DNA of 62,374 nt from an uncultured Gammaproteobacteria bacterium (GCA_964588465.1 CAZPPL010000006.1:1-62374); one strand, 5' to 3'; counted from the first letter of the stretch, positions 1 to 10,649 are shown. Notes: generated from the sequence alone by a model not told the origin. Made by a program: numbers and translations.

Positions 1-1
1 A

Positions 2-670
2 GATTTTCTTTTATCTATCCAGGAAAAAGGAAAATCTCCACAAACAATAAATTTATATTTAAACTCTATTAAATTCTTTTATAGCCAGGTCCTGAGGATA
101 CCACAAAGAATTAATCTTAAATTTGCCAAAAGAAACCAACGCTTACCAGTTGTTTTATCCAGAAATGAAATAAAGAATATTATTAATAATATTTTAAACA
201 AAAAACATCGGATGATGGTCGCTCTAGCCTATGGATCTGGACTACGTGTGAGTGAAGTTGTTAGTCTAAAGGTTCAAGATCTCAATCTTAATGAATTAAC
301 AATACATCTTAGGGGGACAAAGGGCGGTAAAGAGAGGATTACTATTTTCCCTAAAAAATTACGAGAAGAATTAAAAAATATAATTACTGGCCAGAATAAA
401 CGTGATTTTGTCTTTGCTAGTGAACGAGGAGGTCAACTATCAACAGCCACTGCTCAAAAAGTTTTTATAAAAAGTTTAAAAAACTCTAATATTAGCAAAC
501 CAGCAACTTTTCATAGTCTTCGTCATAGTTTTGCTACACATCTCCTTGAAAATGGAGTAGATATACGTTATGTTCAGGAACTTCTAGGACATTCAAATAT
601 TAGAACAACTCAAATTTATACTCATATCACAAATCCCCAGCTGAGGAACATTAAGAGCCCATTACAATAA
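2..670 (+). CDS. Tyrosine recombinase (phage-integrase / XerC-XerD-like), 5' end cut by the window edge
   Basis: The frame of the 212..670 ORF stays open back to nt 2 (DFLLSIQEKGKSPQTINLYLNSIKFFY...). Catalytic signature is visible: GLRVSE (Arg), HSLRHSFATHLL (H-x-x-R) and LLGHSNIRTTQIYTH (His plus Tyr nucleophile). Confidence 0.85.
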   Translation, partial: DFLLSIQEKGKSPQTINLYLNSIKFFYSQVLRIPQRINLKFAKRNQRLPVVLSRNEIKNIINNILNKKHRMMVALAYGSGLRVSEVVSLKVQDLNLNELTIHLRGTKGGKERITIFPKKLREELKNIITGQNKRDFVFASERGGQLSTATAQKVFIKSLKNSNISKPATFHSLRHSFATHLLENGVDIRYVQELLGHSNIRTTQIYTHITNPQLRNIKSPLQ

Positions 671-912
671 AACAGTATCAAATGATAAAGTTTTTGATAA
701 ACCGACAACACGATGAAGGAGTTATCATAAAAAATATGTTCATCATTTTTCATTAAAATAGGTAAAATCAAAAAGAAGAGTCTAGGCTAATGTAGACTTA
801 AACCATCACCCGCAAGCTAACAATAGTACTGGTGATTTGATAATTATTTTATAAAAACTTCATAAAAACTTTATATTAATTACTATATTCCTTTCATTTC
901 TATGAAAATAAA

Positions 913-939
913 AAACAGTTTAAAATATTTAAACTGTTT
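913..939. terminator. Bidirectional intrinsic terminator
   Basis: Perfect 12-bp inverted repeat AAACAGTTTAAA / TTTAAACTGTTT with a 3-nt loop. It is flanked by an A-run on the left and a T-run on the right. It lies a few nt beyond the 3' end of the minus-strand tRNA-Ala. Confidence 0.6.
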
Positions 940-945
940 TTATTG

Positions 946-1019
946 TGGACCATAAGGGACTCGAACCCTTGACCTCTTCCATGCCATGGAAGTACTCTAG
1001 CCAACTGAGCTAATGGCCC
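946..1019 (-). tRNA. tRNA-Ala (anticodon GGC)
   Basis: The reverse complement folds as a cloverleaf: acceptor GGGCCAT/ATGGTCC with the G3:U70 alanine identity pair, anticodon loop ATGGCAT, T-arm AAGGG-TTCGAGT-CCCTT. No encoded CCA. Confidence 0.9.
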
Positions 1020-1523
1020 TTCATAGCTTAAATTTAACGCTTTTTCACATTAAAATTGATCTTTTATTTTATTCTTATCTATTATCTAGACAAACAACAG
1101 CTCTTAAACACTATATAATCTCCTAAATACTTCAATTTTAACAAATACTCCATTATTAATAGCTATAATTGACTGATAATAGCTTCTTATTCTGTTAAAT
1201 AGTCTAACTTTTATAAATGTTCCTCAAGGAACAATTTAATACTAATTAGTAATAATTAATGCTTTAATCTAGATTAATAGAAAAATATTAATAAATATTT
1301 AAAACATAGGCAATGGCAAATAATTTATAAATGTTCTTCAAAGAACATTATTAGTGTTTGCTAATCTTTAATACTAATAAATATTCGCTAATCTAAGATA
1401 TATTATACTCAAATTGAAACAAAAGTCAAGATAATAGTAAAAAAAATTATTATGGTATAATATAACAATTCTGTCAATTATTTATTGACTATTATTTATT
1501 ATCATGTTAAAAAACCAATTTAG

Positions 1524-1595
1524 TGCCCTCGCCAGGAATTGAACCTGGATCTAAAACTTAGGAGGTTCTTGTTCTATCCGTTGAACTACGAGGAC
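1524..1595 (-). tRNA. tRNA-Arg (anticodon CCU)
   Basis: Reverse complement is GTCCTCG-TA-GTTC-AACGGATA-GAAC-A-AGAAC-CTCCTAA-GTTTT-AGAT-CCAGG-TTCAATT-CCTGG-CGAGGGC-A. All four arms pair. No encoded CCA. Confidence 0.88.
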
Positions 1596-1823
1596 CAATC
1601 AAACTAAACTTATTTTATAACAATACTTAATTTTTTACAACAAAATACACTTTATCAATCAAATAGCCGAGTACTATGACTATAATTGATTCTTTTCGTT
1701 ATAGCATTCTTTTAATTAACTCTCTTCCTTTAATTGTCAATTGTTTATTATCTCATATACTTCTATTATACTAAATACATTAAAAATGTTGTACTTACTT
1801 GTTGAACTGAGGTATTTTAGATT

Positions 1824-1852
1824 TTGACAAAAATTAAAAATTAGACTAAAAT
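1824..1852 (+). promoter_or_regulatory. Sigma70-type promoter upstream of the bactofilin gene
   Basis: TTGACA (1824-1829), 17-nt spacer, TAAAAT (1847-1852). Confidence 0.5.
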
Positions 1853-1919
1853 AGAAGTATATAAGGCATACTGCTTCATTAACTAGTTTTTGTTTACTTT
1901 TTTATTTAAAATTAATTAT

Positions 1920-2318
1920 ATGTTTAATAAAGAGAATAAGTCTGACAAATTTAAAAATGCAGAAACCATAATTGGTGCTTCAATCAAAGTAAAGGGTAAC
2001 TTCCAAGGACGAGGAGATATCGTTATTGAGGGCTTTCTGGAAGGATCCCTAAAAACTGGAGCTAGTGTTTTTATAGGAAACCAAGCTAAATTATCGGCCA
2101 ATATTGAAGCCAAGGACATTATAGTAGATGGAGAGATACATGGGAATATAAAGGTAAAGAACTATTTAGCCATTGGTAGCACTGCCAAAATATTTGGAGA
2201 TCTCCAATATGGAGAAATATCTATTGAAAAAGGGGCAATCATTAATGGACAACTATTAATGTTATCTGAAGAATCTAAACATACAGAGAAAGCTAAAGAA
2301 AAAATCGTTGAAAAATAA
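1920..2318 (+). CDS. Bactofilin (polymer-forming cytoskeletal protein, DUF583)
   Basis: Characteristic beta-helix repeats IKVKGNFQGRGDIVIEGFLEGSL...IVDGEIHGNIKV...IFGDLQYGEISIEKGAIINGQL. I prefer the ATG at 1920 over the TTG at 1890 used by the ORF track. Confidence 0.8.
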   Translation: MFNKENKSDKFKNAETIIGASIKVKGNFQGRGDIVIEGFLEGSLKTGASVFIGNQAKLSANIEAKDIIVDGEIHGNIKVKNYLAIGSTAKIFGDLQYGEISIEKGAIINGQLLMLSEESKHTEKAKEKIVEK

Positions 2319-2335
2319 ACCTTAATTCAAACCTT

Positions 2336-3073
2336 ATGCACGTTTACATCTACGACGACTATTTAGATAACAGCCGATATAATAAGACTATTAATCGTAT
2401 AGAAATTAGATTAACTGATCTAGGTTTAAACGGCAAAATCATTCGTTTGGGCGGTATTAGGAATATTAAAGGAACTATACAAAATGAAATGAAATTAGGG
2501 GCTAAAACCTTTATCGCAGTCGGAAATAATCAAACAGTCAATAAGATTATTGGAGCTCTTATTAGTACCCAAATTTATAGTGATTTCCAAGAAAAAACTC
2601 TATTAGGAATTATACCCGTAGGAGACGATAATTCTATCGCCACTTCTTTCGGTATAAAAAATGAGGAGAATGCTTGTAATATTCTATTAGCTAGACGCAT
2701 AGAAAAATTGGATTTAGGCCTAGTCGGCGGTCATTATTTCTTAAATCAAACTTCAATATCGAGTCTAGGCACAATTTTAAAAATAGATAAATACTCTATA
2801 GAAATATTAGATAAAGGGACAGTTAGGATAGTAAACTTAGCTAGCGAACAAACCGATGCTATTAGATCTAATCCCCACGATGGATTATTAGATATTTTTA
2901 TTAAAACTAAACGAAAGAGTCAAACTCACTTAAGCGTAAAAAAAATACAGATTAGCAACGCCAGTAATAAATTAATTGCCGATGATGTGTTGGAAATAGA
3001 TACCCCTACAGAAATTAGCATAATGGCCAATAAACTGAGAGTGATCGTAGGAAAAGATAGAACTTTCAAATGA
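2336..3073 (+). CDS. Diacylglycerol/lipid-kinase-like protein (DAGK_cat / YegS-like fold) with degenerate nucleotide motif
   Basis: FIAVGNNQTVNKIIGAL aligns to the (v)GGDGTvnev motif and GIIPVGDDNSIATSFGI to the iiPlGtgNdfar motif. GGDGT is replaced by GNNQT. Confidence 0.55.
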   Translation: MHVYIYDDYLDNSRYNKTINRIEIRLTDLGLNGKIIRLGGIRNIKGTIQNEMKLGAKTFIAVGNNQTVNKIIGALISTQIYSDFQEKTLLGIIPVGDDNSIATSFGIKNEENACNILLARRIEKLDLGLVGGHYFLNQTSISSLGTILKIDKYSIEILDKGTVRIVNLASEQTDAIRSNPHDGLLDIFIKTKRKSQTHLSVKKIQISNASNKLIADDVLEIDTPTEISIMANKLRVIVGKDRTFK

Positions 3074-3074
3074 T

Positions 3075-3197
3075 AAAAAAGACCGACTTAAACGGGTAGG
3101 CAAGAAAATTTCTTTTAGGCACTTTCGAGCATAAAGCCAGAAAAATCCTAACAAGAAAATCCCCATGCTTGTCGTGCCTGACCCGTTTAAATTGGCC
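3075..3197 (-). ncRNA. Candidate structured RNA: long closing stem plus U-tail on the minus strand, downstream of rnj
   Basis: Arm 3081-3102 (GACCGACTTAAACGGGTAGGCA) pairs with arm 3175-3197 (TGCCTGACCCGTTTAAATTGGCC), giving about 22 bp with one mismatch and one bulge. About 72 nt of internal sequence contains a GCUC-GAAA-GUGC hairpin in the minus sense. The minus-strand 3' end is GGUCUUUUUU. No family assigned. Confidence 0.35.
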
Positions 3198-3349
3198 TTT
3201 CCAACTAATTTAATTTTTAACTTAATAATATATCATACTAAATAATTCCTGTCAAGTACTACGGGCACATAATTATCCACAATTTATCAACAAGGGATTT
3301 CAATAGTTTTTGAAATTTTTTATTTTAATATTAGCTAAATATGTTATAA

Positions 3350-5200
3350 TCAAACCTTTATGATTACTGGCAGAACCATCGGACGACGTTTAGTCGCAGT
3401 GAATAAAAATTGTCCAATATCGTTTCTAATTTTATTTTTAATATAATTATCGTCAGCTAGCGTCATGGGGTTTTTGTCCTTCACTATTTTTTTAACTCTC
3501 ATTCTGGTCTTTTCAATTAAATCACGATTCTCCTTCATATAAATAAAACCACGAGAAATTAAATCTGGATTGCCAATAATAGATCCAGTCTTGTTATCAA
3601 TAGTGGCAATGACTACAATCATCCCATCATCGGCCATCATCCGTCTATCCCGCAGTACAATCTCAGAAACATCCCCGATTCCTAAACCATCCACCATGAC
3701 ATAATCAGTATTAACCTTAGTTTTAAGTACCTGAGGTTTTTTATTTTTCTGGAACTTAATAATTTGCCCATTATCTAGTACCGAGACTTGATCCTCTCTA
3801 AAGCCTTGTCGTAAAGCCAATTTCTTGGCTTCCACTAACATGTAATAATTAGCATAAACTGGTAAAAAATAATCCGGTTTAATTTGTTTAAGGATCTTCT
3901 TCATATCATCAATATTGGCATGCCCGCCAGAATGTACATCCATAATACTACTATGAATAACATTATCACTTAAACGATAAAGCTGATCTTTAACCTTCTG
4001 GACTGAACGTTCATTACCTGGTATGACCGAGGAAGAGAAAATAACAACATCAGATTTTTTGATATTGACATAACGATGGTTGCCGTTCACAATCCGGGAA
4101 AAAACTGCATTTGTTTCTCCTTGAGCCCCAGTACAAATAAGAACAACTTTATTTTCTGGATATTTATGAAAATCTTCCATGGTAATTAAAGTATGCTTAT
4201 GGGCGGGAATATATCCTAATTCTTGAGCAATATGTACATTTAATTTCATACTATAACCATCTAAAGCCACTTTCTTACCAATTTGCTCACAATAGGCTAA
4301 TAAATGGGTAATACGTTCTAACTGGGAAGCAAAGGTACCAATAATTACCCTCCCTGGTGCACTACTTATAACCTTTTCTAAATTAGCTAAGGTGGTCTTA
4401 ACTGGTACTCTTTCCTTACTATAAGCCACTCCTAAACTTTCTAACATTAAAATCCGGGGGGAAGGTAATAGAGACAGATGATCATAAGTTATTCGTTTAT
4501 TATCTAAAGGATCATCTTCCAATAACCAATCGCCAGGGTGAATCACGGTGCCATGAGGAGTCCGTAGAATAACCCCTACCGCATCAATGATGGAATGTTC
4601 TACTGCAAAAAAACTAACATTGAATTTCCCCAACTTTATTTTTTGATCAATAGATTTGATAGTAATAGTTTTTAAATTTTTGGTTGTTCCTCGTTTATAA
4701 TCTTCTTGGCGATGTTTAATCAAGGCTAAAGTTAATTGCCTACCGATAATTGGAGGATTACCAAGTTGTTCCAGTAAAATGGGTGCTGCTCCGATATGAT
4801 CTAGATGCCCATGACTAAAAATAACCCCTCTGATATTTTTTTCTTTACCACGTAGAGATGAAACATTGGGAATAATGTAGTCAATTCCTGGCATATCTTC
4901 ATCGGCAAATTGTAATCCCATATCTAGAATAATAATATCATCATCATATTCAAACACTGTACAATTTCTTCCTACTTCTTCTTGTCCTCCTAGCGGATAG
5001 ATTTTAAGGCTAGACTCGCCACTAGCCATAGCTGGAGTCGATGTTGAACGGCGGAAGGATCGAGGAGATACAGACGAATTATAATTTAAAGTATTTGGAG
5101 TTTTAAGTGCGGTCATTCCTCCGCTACGCCGAGACTTATAAGCTGGGAAATGTTTCACAGAACTGGAGGCAGATTGCGAATCTTGTTGTTTAATAAACAT
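3350..5200 (-). CDS. rnj: Ribonuclease J (metallo-beta-lactamase / beta-CASP RNase)
   Basis: KIYPLGGQEEVGRNC start of the MBL domain, the FSHGHLDHIG motif, and full-length similarity to RNase J. About 57 Ser/Arg-rich residues precede an internal Met (MASGESSLKIYPLGG), so the true start is uncertain. Confidence 0.9.
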   Translation of the reverse strand: MFIKQQDSQSASSSVKHFPAYKSRRSGGMTALKTPNTLNYNSSVSPRSFRRSTSTPAMASGESSLKIYPLGGQEEVGRNCTVFEYDDDIIILDMGLQFADEDMPGIDYIIPNVSSLRGKEKNIRGVIFSHGHLDHIGAAPILLEQLGNPPIIGRQLTLALIKHRQEDYKRGTTKNLKTITIKSIDQKIKLGKFNVSFFAVEHSIIDAVGVILRTPHGTVIHPGDWLLEDDPLDNKRITYDHLSLLPSPRILMLESLGVAYSKERVPVKTTLANLEKVISSAPGRVIIGTFASQLERITHLLAYCEQIGKKVALDGYSMKLNVHIAQELGYIPAHKHTLITMEDFHKYPENKVVLICTGAQGETNAVFSRIVNGNHRYVNIKKSDVVIFSSSVIPGNERSVQKVKDQLYRLSDNVIHSSIMDVHSGGHANIDDMKKILKQIKPDYFLPVYANYYMLVEAKKLALRQGFREDQVSVLDNGQIIKFQKNKKPQVLKTKVNTDYVMVDGLGIGDVSEIVLRDRRMMADDGMIVVIATIDNKTGSIIGNPDLISRGFIYMKENRDLIEKTRMRVKKIVKDKNPMTLADDNYIKNKIRNDIGQFLFTATKRRPMVLPVIIKV

Positions 5201-5346
5201 AATTTTCTATTTAATTTTACCATTACACAAAGGGAAAAAGTAAAATTATATTTTACTAATAAATCAGAGAAACTAAAATAATTTAAAGCTTCCCTCTAAT
5301 ATATTAAAAAGAATGAAAGGCAACTATCTAAAAAATTCTTAAAAAA

Positions 5347-7149
5347 TTACCATTTAAACCTACTTTTAGTATTTAGATACCAATTGCTAACACTACTAAA
5401 CCGATCGGCGGGTTCAATTATCATGGTGCCAGAGAAACCTCGTAAACTACTAGTTTGAACATAAGTATAACTTGGAGAATATAAAAATATCGCTGGTAAA
5501 TCATGAGTAATAATTTTTTGAAACTTTTTATATTGTTCAATACGATCAGATAAATTAGCAGTACTACGAGCTGAAACTAATAATTTATTCACTACTGGAT
5601 TATTATAATCAGATAAGTTGAGCCCCTGAGGGCCAATTTGACTGGAATCCCAGAAGGCATAAACATCTGGATCGCCACCGACCGACTCTCCATATAACAA
5701 TACTTGGAAATCTCTATTTTTAATAACATTCATTACTTGTGCACTGGGTATAATTTTTAAAATAACTTGAACTCCAACTTGCTGCCAATAATTTTTAATT
5801 TTTTCCGCCAACATTACATCACTACCAGAATCAACAACACTCAAAACTAGGGTTAAAGGCTTATTTTTAATAATAGTAGCGGCTGATTTGGGAGAATAAT
5901 TATATTTAGTAATCTCTGAGTTATAAGCATAATTTTCTGACAAAATGGGACCATTATCAATTTGATAAATCCCCGAAAAGATCTCTTTAATCATTTGTTT
6001 CTTGTTCAGAGCTGTAGCTAAAGCTACTCTTACATTTCTATTAGATAATTCTTTATTTTTACTATAATTAAAAAATAGAGCAACAATTTTGGCCTGAACT
6101 AATTCATGAAAATTTAAAGAATCCCGAGCTAATAAATTACCACGCAAACTAAAGGGTAAATAGCCTAAACCCATAATTTGATTATCATTAAGAGCTCCAA
6201 TCGCTTCCTGATAAACTGGAAAAAATTTAAAATCAATAGTTTTTAAATAAGGTATTTTCCTATAATAATTAGTATTAACAGTTAAATAATAGTCTTTCAA
6301 ATCACCATTACTATTTTTGACTAAAGATTTAAATTTAAAGGGACCAGAACCAATAGGCCGCAAATTTAAATCTGATATTATTGCCGCTCGCGGACCAATA
6401 TTTTCCCATAATTTTTTAGGTAATATACCAAAGGTTAAAAGGTCTAAAAACGGAGCATAGGGTTTAGGCAAAACAAATTTAATGGTATTACTATTAATTT
6501 CCGTAGCTACTACCCCAACCAAAGCTGGCCGTAATGGAGAATTATAATCAGGATTTTGAATTAGGTGTAAAGTAAAAATAATATCAGAAGCCGTGAGATC
6601 TCCGCCATCTTGCCACTTAACATTCTTCTTAATTTTAATAATATATTCTGTGCTACTAGCATTAGCAGCCACGCTGCTAACTAAATCATTACTTAATTCC
6701 CCATTTCCATCATAAGTAAACAAGCTAGAATAAATTAAACGACTTAAATCGCTATCAATACCTGGATTAACCGCATACAGAGGATTTATAGTTTGAGGAT
6801 AGCCCACTACTCCCTCAATATATTTACCACCATTAGTAGGATAATATTGTAAATGATTTTTAATAAAACCTACTCCTAAATATACAATGTTCAGTAAAAT
6901 TATTACTGCACAAATTCTAATAATTAATACCTCCCGAGAACTAAGGAATCTTTTTAAATGTTTAATTTGTTGACCACTAGGTATCTTGCTAGAAGAAAGA
7001 TCATAAACTAATTTTCGATCCAAATCCTTGGTATTACGGGAATTCTTTTTTAAAAAGCCTTGTAAAATTTTATTAAAAAGATCAAAGAATGACCAAGCCA
7101 GTCTTGCCTTTTGCCAAAAAGACTTAATTTTAGTTTTTATTGAATTCAC
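5347..7149 (-). CDS. Solute-binding protein family 5 (OppA/DppA-like peptide-binding protein) with N-terminal membrane anchor
   Basis: SBP_bac_5-like core (YIEGVVGYPQTINPLYA..., VKWQDGGDLTASDIIFT, GSGPFKF). One TM segment (LIIRICAVIILLNIVYLGVGFI) follows a roughly 70-aa N-terminal region. GTG start. No permease or ATPase genes adjacent. Confidence 0.75.
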   Translation of the reverse strand: MNSIKTKIKSFWQKARLAWSFFDLFNKILQGFLKKNSRNTKDLDRKLVYDLSSSKIPSGQQIKHLKRFLSSREVLIIRICAVIILLNIVYLGVGFIKNHLQYYPTNGGKYIEGVVGYPQTINPLYAVNPGIDSDLSRLIYSSLFTYDGNGELSNDLVSSVAANASSTEYIIKIKKNVKWQDGGDLTASDIIFTLHLIQNPDYNSPLRPALVGVVATEINSNTIKFVLPKPYAPFLDLLTFGILPKKLWENIGPRAAIISDLNLRPIGSGPFKFKSLVKNSNGDLKDYYLTVNTNYYRKIPYLKTIDFKFFPVYQEAIGALNDNQIMGLGYLPFSLRGNLLARDSLNFHELVQAKIVALFFNYSKNKELSNRNVRVALATALNKKQMIKEIFSGIYQIDNGPILSENYAYNSEITKYNYSPKSAATIIKNKPLTLVLSVVDSGSDVMLAEKIKNYWQQVGVQVILKIIPSAQVMNVIKNRDFQVLLYGESVGGDPDVYAFWDSSQIGPQGLNLSDYNNPVVNKLLVSARSTANLSDRIEQYKKFQKIITHDLPAIFLYSPSYTYVQTSSLRGFSGTMIIEPADRFSSVSNWYLNTKSRFKW

Positions 7150-7258
7150 AAAAATCTTATAACTTCTAACGAACTCTTAGATATTTGATGCAGGATTAGT
7201 AATAAAGATAAATCTGAAGATTTATAAATTATTCTATAGCTTAATAAAACCTAAATTT

Positions 7259-7486
7259 TTATTTTACAAAGAAAACACTTAAAGACAGGAGTATAAAAAT
7301 TACTGCTAGAACAATGGTAGCAATAAACAGTTTCTTTTCCAAACCACGTTTCGTTAAATAAACCCCACCACCGCTACTGCCACCACCGAATACTCCTCCT
7401 AAACCAGCTCCACTGTTTTGCATTAAAATAGCAAGCATTAAAAGCACGGCCACAATAATTTGAGCAATTTTAATTATAAACATCAT
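7259..7486 (-). CDS. secG: Preprotein translocase subunit SecG
   Basis: 75 aa, two TM helices separated by a Gly-rich loop (LMQNSGAGLGGVFGGGSSGG), typical of SecG. Confidence 0.8.
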   Translation of the reverse strand: MMFIIKIAQIIVAVLLMLAILMQNSGAGLGGVFGGGSSGGGVYLTKRGLEKKLFIATIVLAVIFILLSLSVFFVK

Positions 7487-7487
7487 A

Positions 7488-7835
7488 CTATTTGGAAACT
7501 TTAGAAATTAAAGCAGAAAATACTTTTTTATTATTAACTGCTAAATCAGCTAAAATCTTACGATCAATTTCAACCTTATTAATTTTCAACAAATGTATAA
7601 AATTAGAATATGATAGATCATGCTCACGCACAAAAGCGTTTATTTTAATTTGCCATAAACTCCTCATAGTCCTTTTTTTCTTACGGCGATCAATATAAGC
7701 ATGTGCTCCAGCTTTAGTTTGCGCAGTCTTAGCTAATTTTATTAAATTTTTCCGTCCCCATTTATAACCTTTAACATCCTTTAGGAGTTTACGTCTCTTC
7801 TTAACATGGGTGGTTCCGCGTTTTACTCTAGGCAT
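7488..7835 (-). CDS. rplT: 50S ribosomal protein L20
   Basis: MPRVKRGTTHVKKRRKLLKDVKGYKWGRKN... is the canonical L20 N-terminus. Sits in an infC-rpmI-rplT operon context. Confidence 0.95.
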   Translation of the reverse strand: MPRVKRGTTHVKKRRKLLKDVKGYKWGRKNLIKLAKTAQTKAGAHAYIDRRKKKRTMRSLWQIKINAFVREHDLSYSNFIHLLKINKVEIDRKILADLAVNNKKVFSALISKVSK

Positions 7836-7840
7836 ATCTT

Positions 7841-8038
7841 TTAATTATAGGGAGTTAATAATCTTATAGTTTTCTCTAAGGTTTTAGTAGTAGAAATATC
7901 TAAACGTTTGTGGCGAGTAGTATTACCAGATTCTTTAGCATTAAAATGATCTTGACCCGCTTTACGTTGCATTAATTTTTTCCTACCAGTTTTTTTAAAA
8001 CGTTTAACTGTGGCCTTATGAGTTTTTATTTTCGGCAT
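7841..8038 (-). CDS. rpmI: 50S ribosomal protein L35
   Basis: MPKIKTHKATVKRFKKTGRKKLMQRKAGQDHF..., 65 aa, located between infC and rplT. Confidence 0.93.
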   Translation of the reverse strand: MPKIKTHKATVKRFKKTGRKKLMQRKAGQDHFNAKESGNTTRHKRLDISTTKTLEKTIRLLTPYN

Positions 8039-8083
8039 AGTTTTCCAGATTAAAAAACAGGCTGATACCTGATTAGACAGCTA

Positions 8084-8638
8084 TTACTTTTTATTTATCA
8101 ATATAATTGTAAATCTTCCTCCTTGATTTGTCAAGGGTTGTTCAACCTCAACTGAAATAGTGTCTTTCTTCTGTAAAAGGGCAACAAAACCCTTAATTAT
8201 TTCCGAAGCTTTTTGCATGTGCTGTCTTTCTCTACCACGCAGAATTAATTCCACTTTAATTTTATTATCTTTAGATAAAAATTTTTCCGCCCTAGTAATT
8301 CGCATATCTAGATCATGAGCACTAATTCTAAACGATAAACGAATATTTTTAACTTCTGTCCTTTTCTGTTGCATCTTTTGTTTGTGAGCTTGTTTCTCCC
8401 GTTCATATTTTAACTGACCCAAATTAACAATCTTTACTACTGGAGGGTCAGCTTTAGGATTAACTTCAACTAAGTCTAAACTAGCGTCCTTAGCACGTTG
8501 AAGGGCTTTGATAGTAGTTATAACTCCGACTACTTCATTATTTTCATCAATTAAAAATACTTTTGGCACTTTTATCTGAGTGTTAGCTTTAAAAATAGGA
8601 ACTTCTTTCCGTTCTATACGGTGAAATTTAATACGCAT
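8084..8638 (-). CDS. infC: Translation initiation factor IF-3
   Basis: N-domain IKVPKVFLIDENNEVVGV, linker KQKMQQKR, C-domain KNIRLSFRISAHDLDMRI...VELILRGRERQH. Operon with rpmI-rplT. Start codon position not certain, because IF-3 genes often use atypical starts. Confidence 0.9.
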   Translation of the reverse strand: MRIKFHRIERKEVPIFKANTQIKVPKVFLIDENNEVVGVITTIKALQRAKDASLDLVEVNPKADPPVVKIVNLGQLKYEREKQAHKQKMQQKRTEVKNIRLSFRISAHDLDMRITRAEKFLSKDNKIKVELILRGRERQHMQKASEIIKGFVALLQKKDTISVEVEQPLTNQGGRFTIILINKK

Positions 8639-8794
8639 GTTATTTTATAATTAAACAACTTATTCTTACTATTATTTATCACCAGCAGTGTAATTCTGCT
8701 AATATATAATCAGGATACTAAATTAATTTTTATAACTAATTTATATCGTAAAATTAGTTAAAAGTCAAATTAAAATAAAAATTCCTCTGACTCC

Positions 8795-8823
8795 TTGACA
8801 GCTATATTTAATTAGTATAGAAT
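8795..8823 (+). promoter_or_regulatory. Sigma70-type promoter for the 16S rRNA transcription unit
   Basis: TTGACA (8795-8800), 17-nt spacer, TAGAAT (8818-8823), about 220 nt upstream of the mature 16S 5' end. Confidence 0.5.
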
Positions 8824-8920
8824 AAAATTATTAAAAATAGAATAGAAAATTTTATAAAAACAAGATATTTTTATATCTCTGTTTTTTTCTGTCTATTTTG
8901 AACTTTAAAAATTTATAAAC

Positions 8921-8966
8921 AATCATGGTGATGGTTAAAAATTTTGGTGCTAATTGGCATCAATTC
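8921..8966 (+). other. 5' arm of the 16S rRNA processing stem
   Basis: CTAATTGGCATCAATTC (8950-8966) is the perfect reverse complement of GAATTGATGCCAATTAG (10609-10625). Flanking AATCATG and AATTTTG segments extend the helix imperfectly. Confidence 0.75.
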
Positions 8967-9040
8967 CAATCAAAAATTTTATCCGTTTTAAAAACGGAAT
9001 CATATATAGCGAAAACGTAAGTTTTCATTAAAGTCAAATC

Positions 9041-10524
<1,484 letters not shown>

Positions 10525-10608
10525 AGGGAGAATATTTTTCTTTTCTAATTGAAAAGAAAACTAGTCGCCTCCGGCATCGGGCCGGAGTGGCTGTCGTAAG
10601 ACGGCAAA

Positions 10609-10647
10609 GAATTGATGCCAATTAGACTCAAAATTACTATCATGATT
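10609..10647 (+). other. 3' arm of the 16S rRNA processing stem
   Basis: Complement of 8921-8966 (see the 5' arm feature). Confidence 0.75.
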
Positions 10648-10649
10648 TT

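Noticed and set aside
3075-3197. Possible identity of the long hairpin as SRP (4.5S) RNA, because of GUCAGG...AAGCA on the minus strand.
   Set aside because: The resemblance to the domain IV consensus GUCAGGUCCGGAAGGAAGCAGC is only partial. The segment does not fold into a GNRA-capped helix with the symmetric and asymmetric loops, and the only GAAA loop lacks the flanking AGCA/GGA elements. I keep it as an unassigned RNA candidate.
3273-3292. A perfect DnaA box TTATCCACA (3273-3281) followed 2 nt later by TTATCAACA (3284-3292), in the intergenic region downstream of rnj.
   Set aside because: From rough base-composition reasoning I expect on the order of one perfect TTATCCACA by chance in about 62 kb of both strands. 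A second perfect copy sits inside the LCP coding sequence (12811-12819). The site is 29 kb from dnaA, and there is no further clustering. I treat it as coincidental unless whole-genome box statistics say otherwise.
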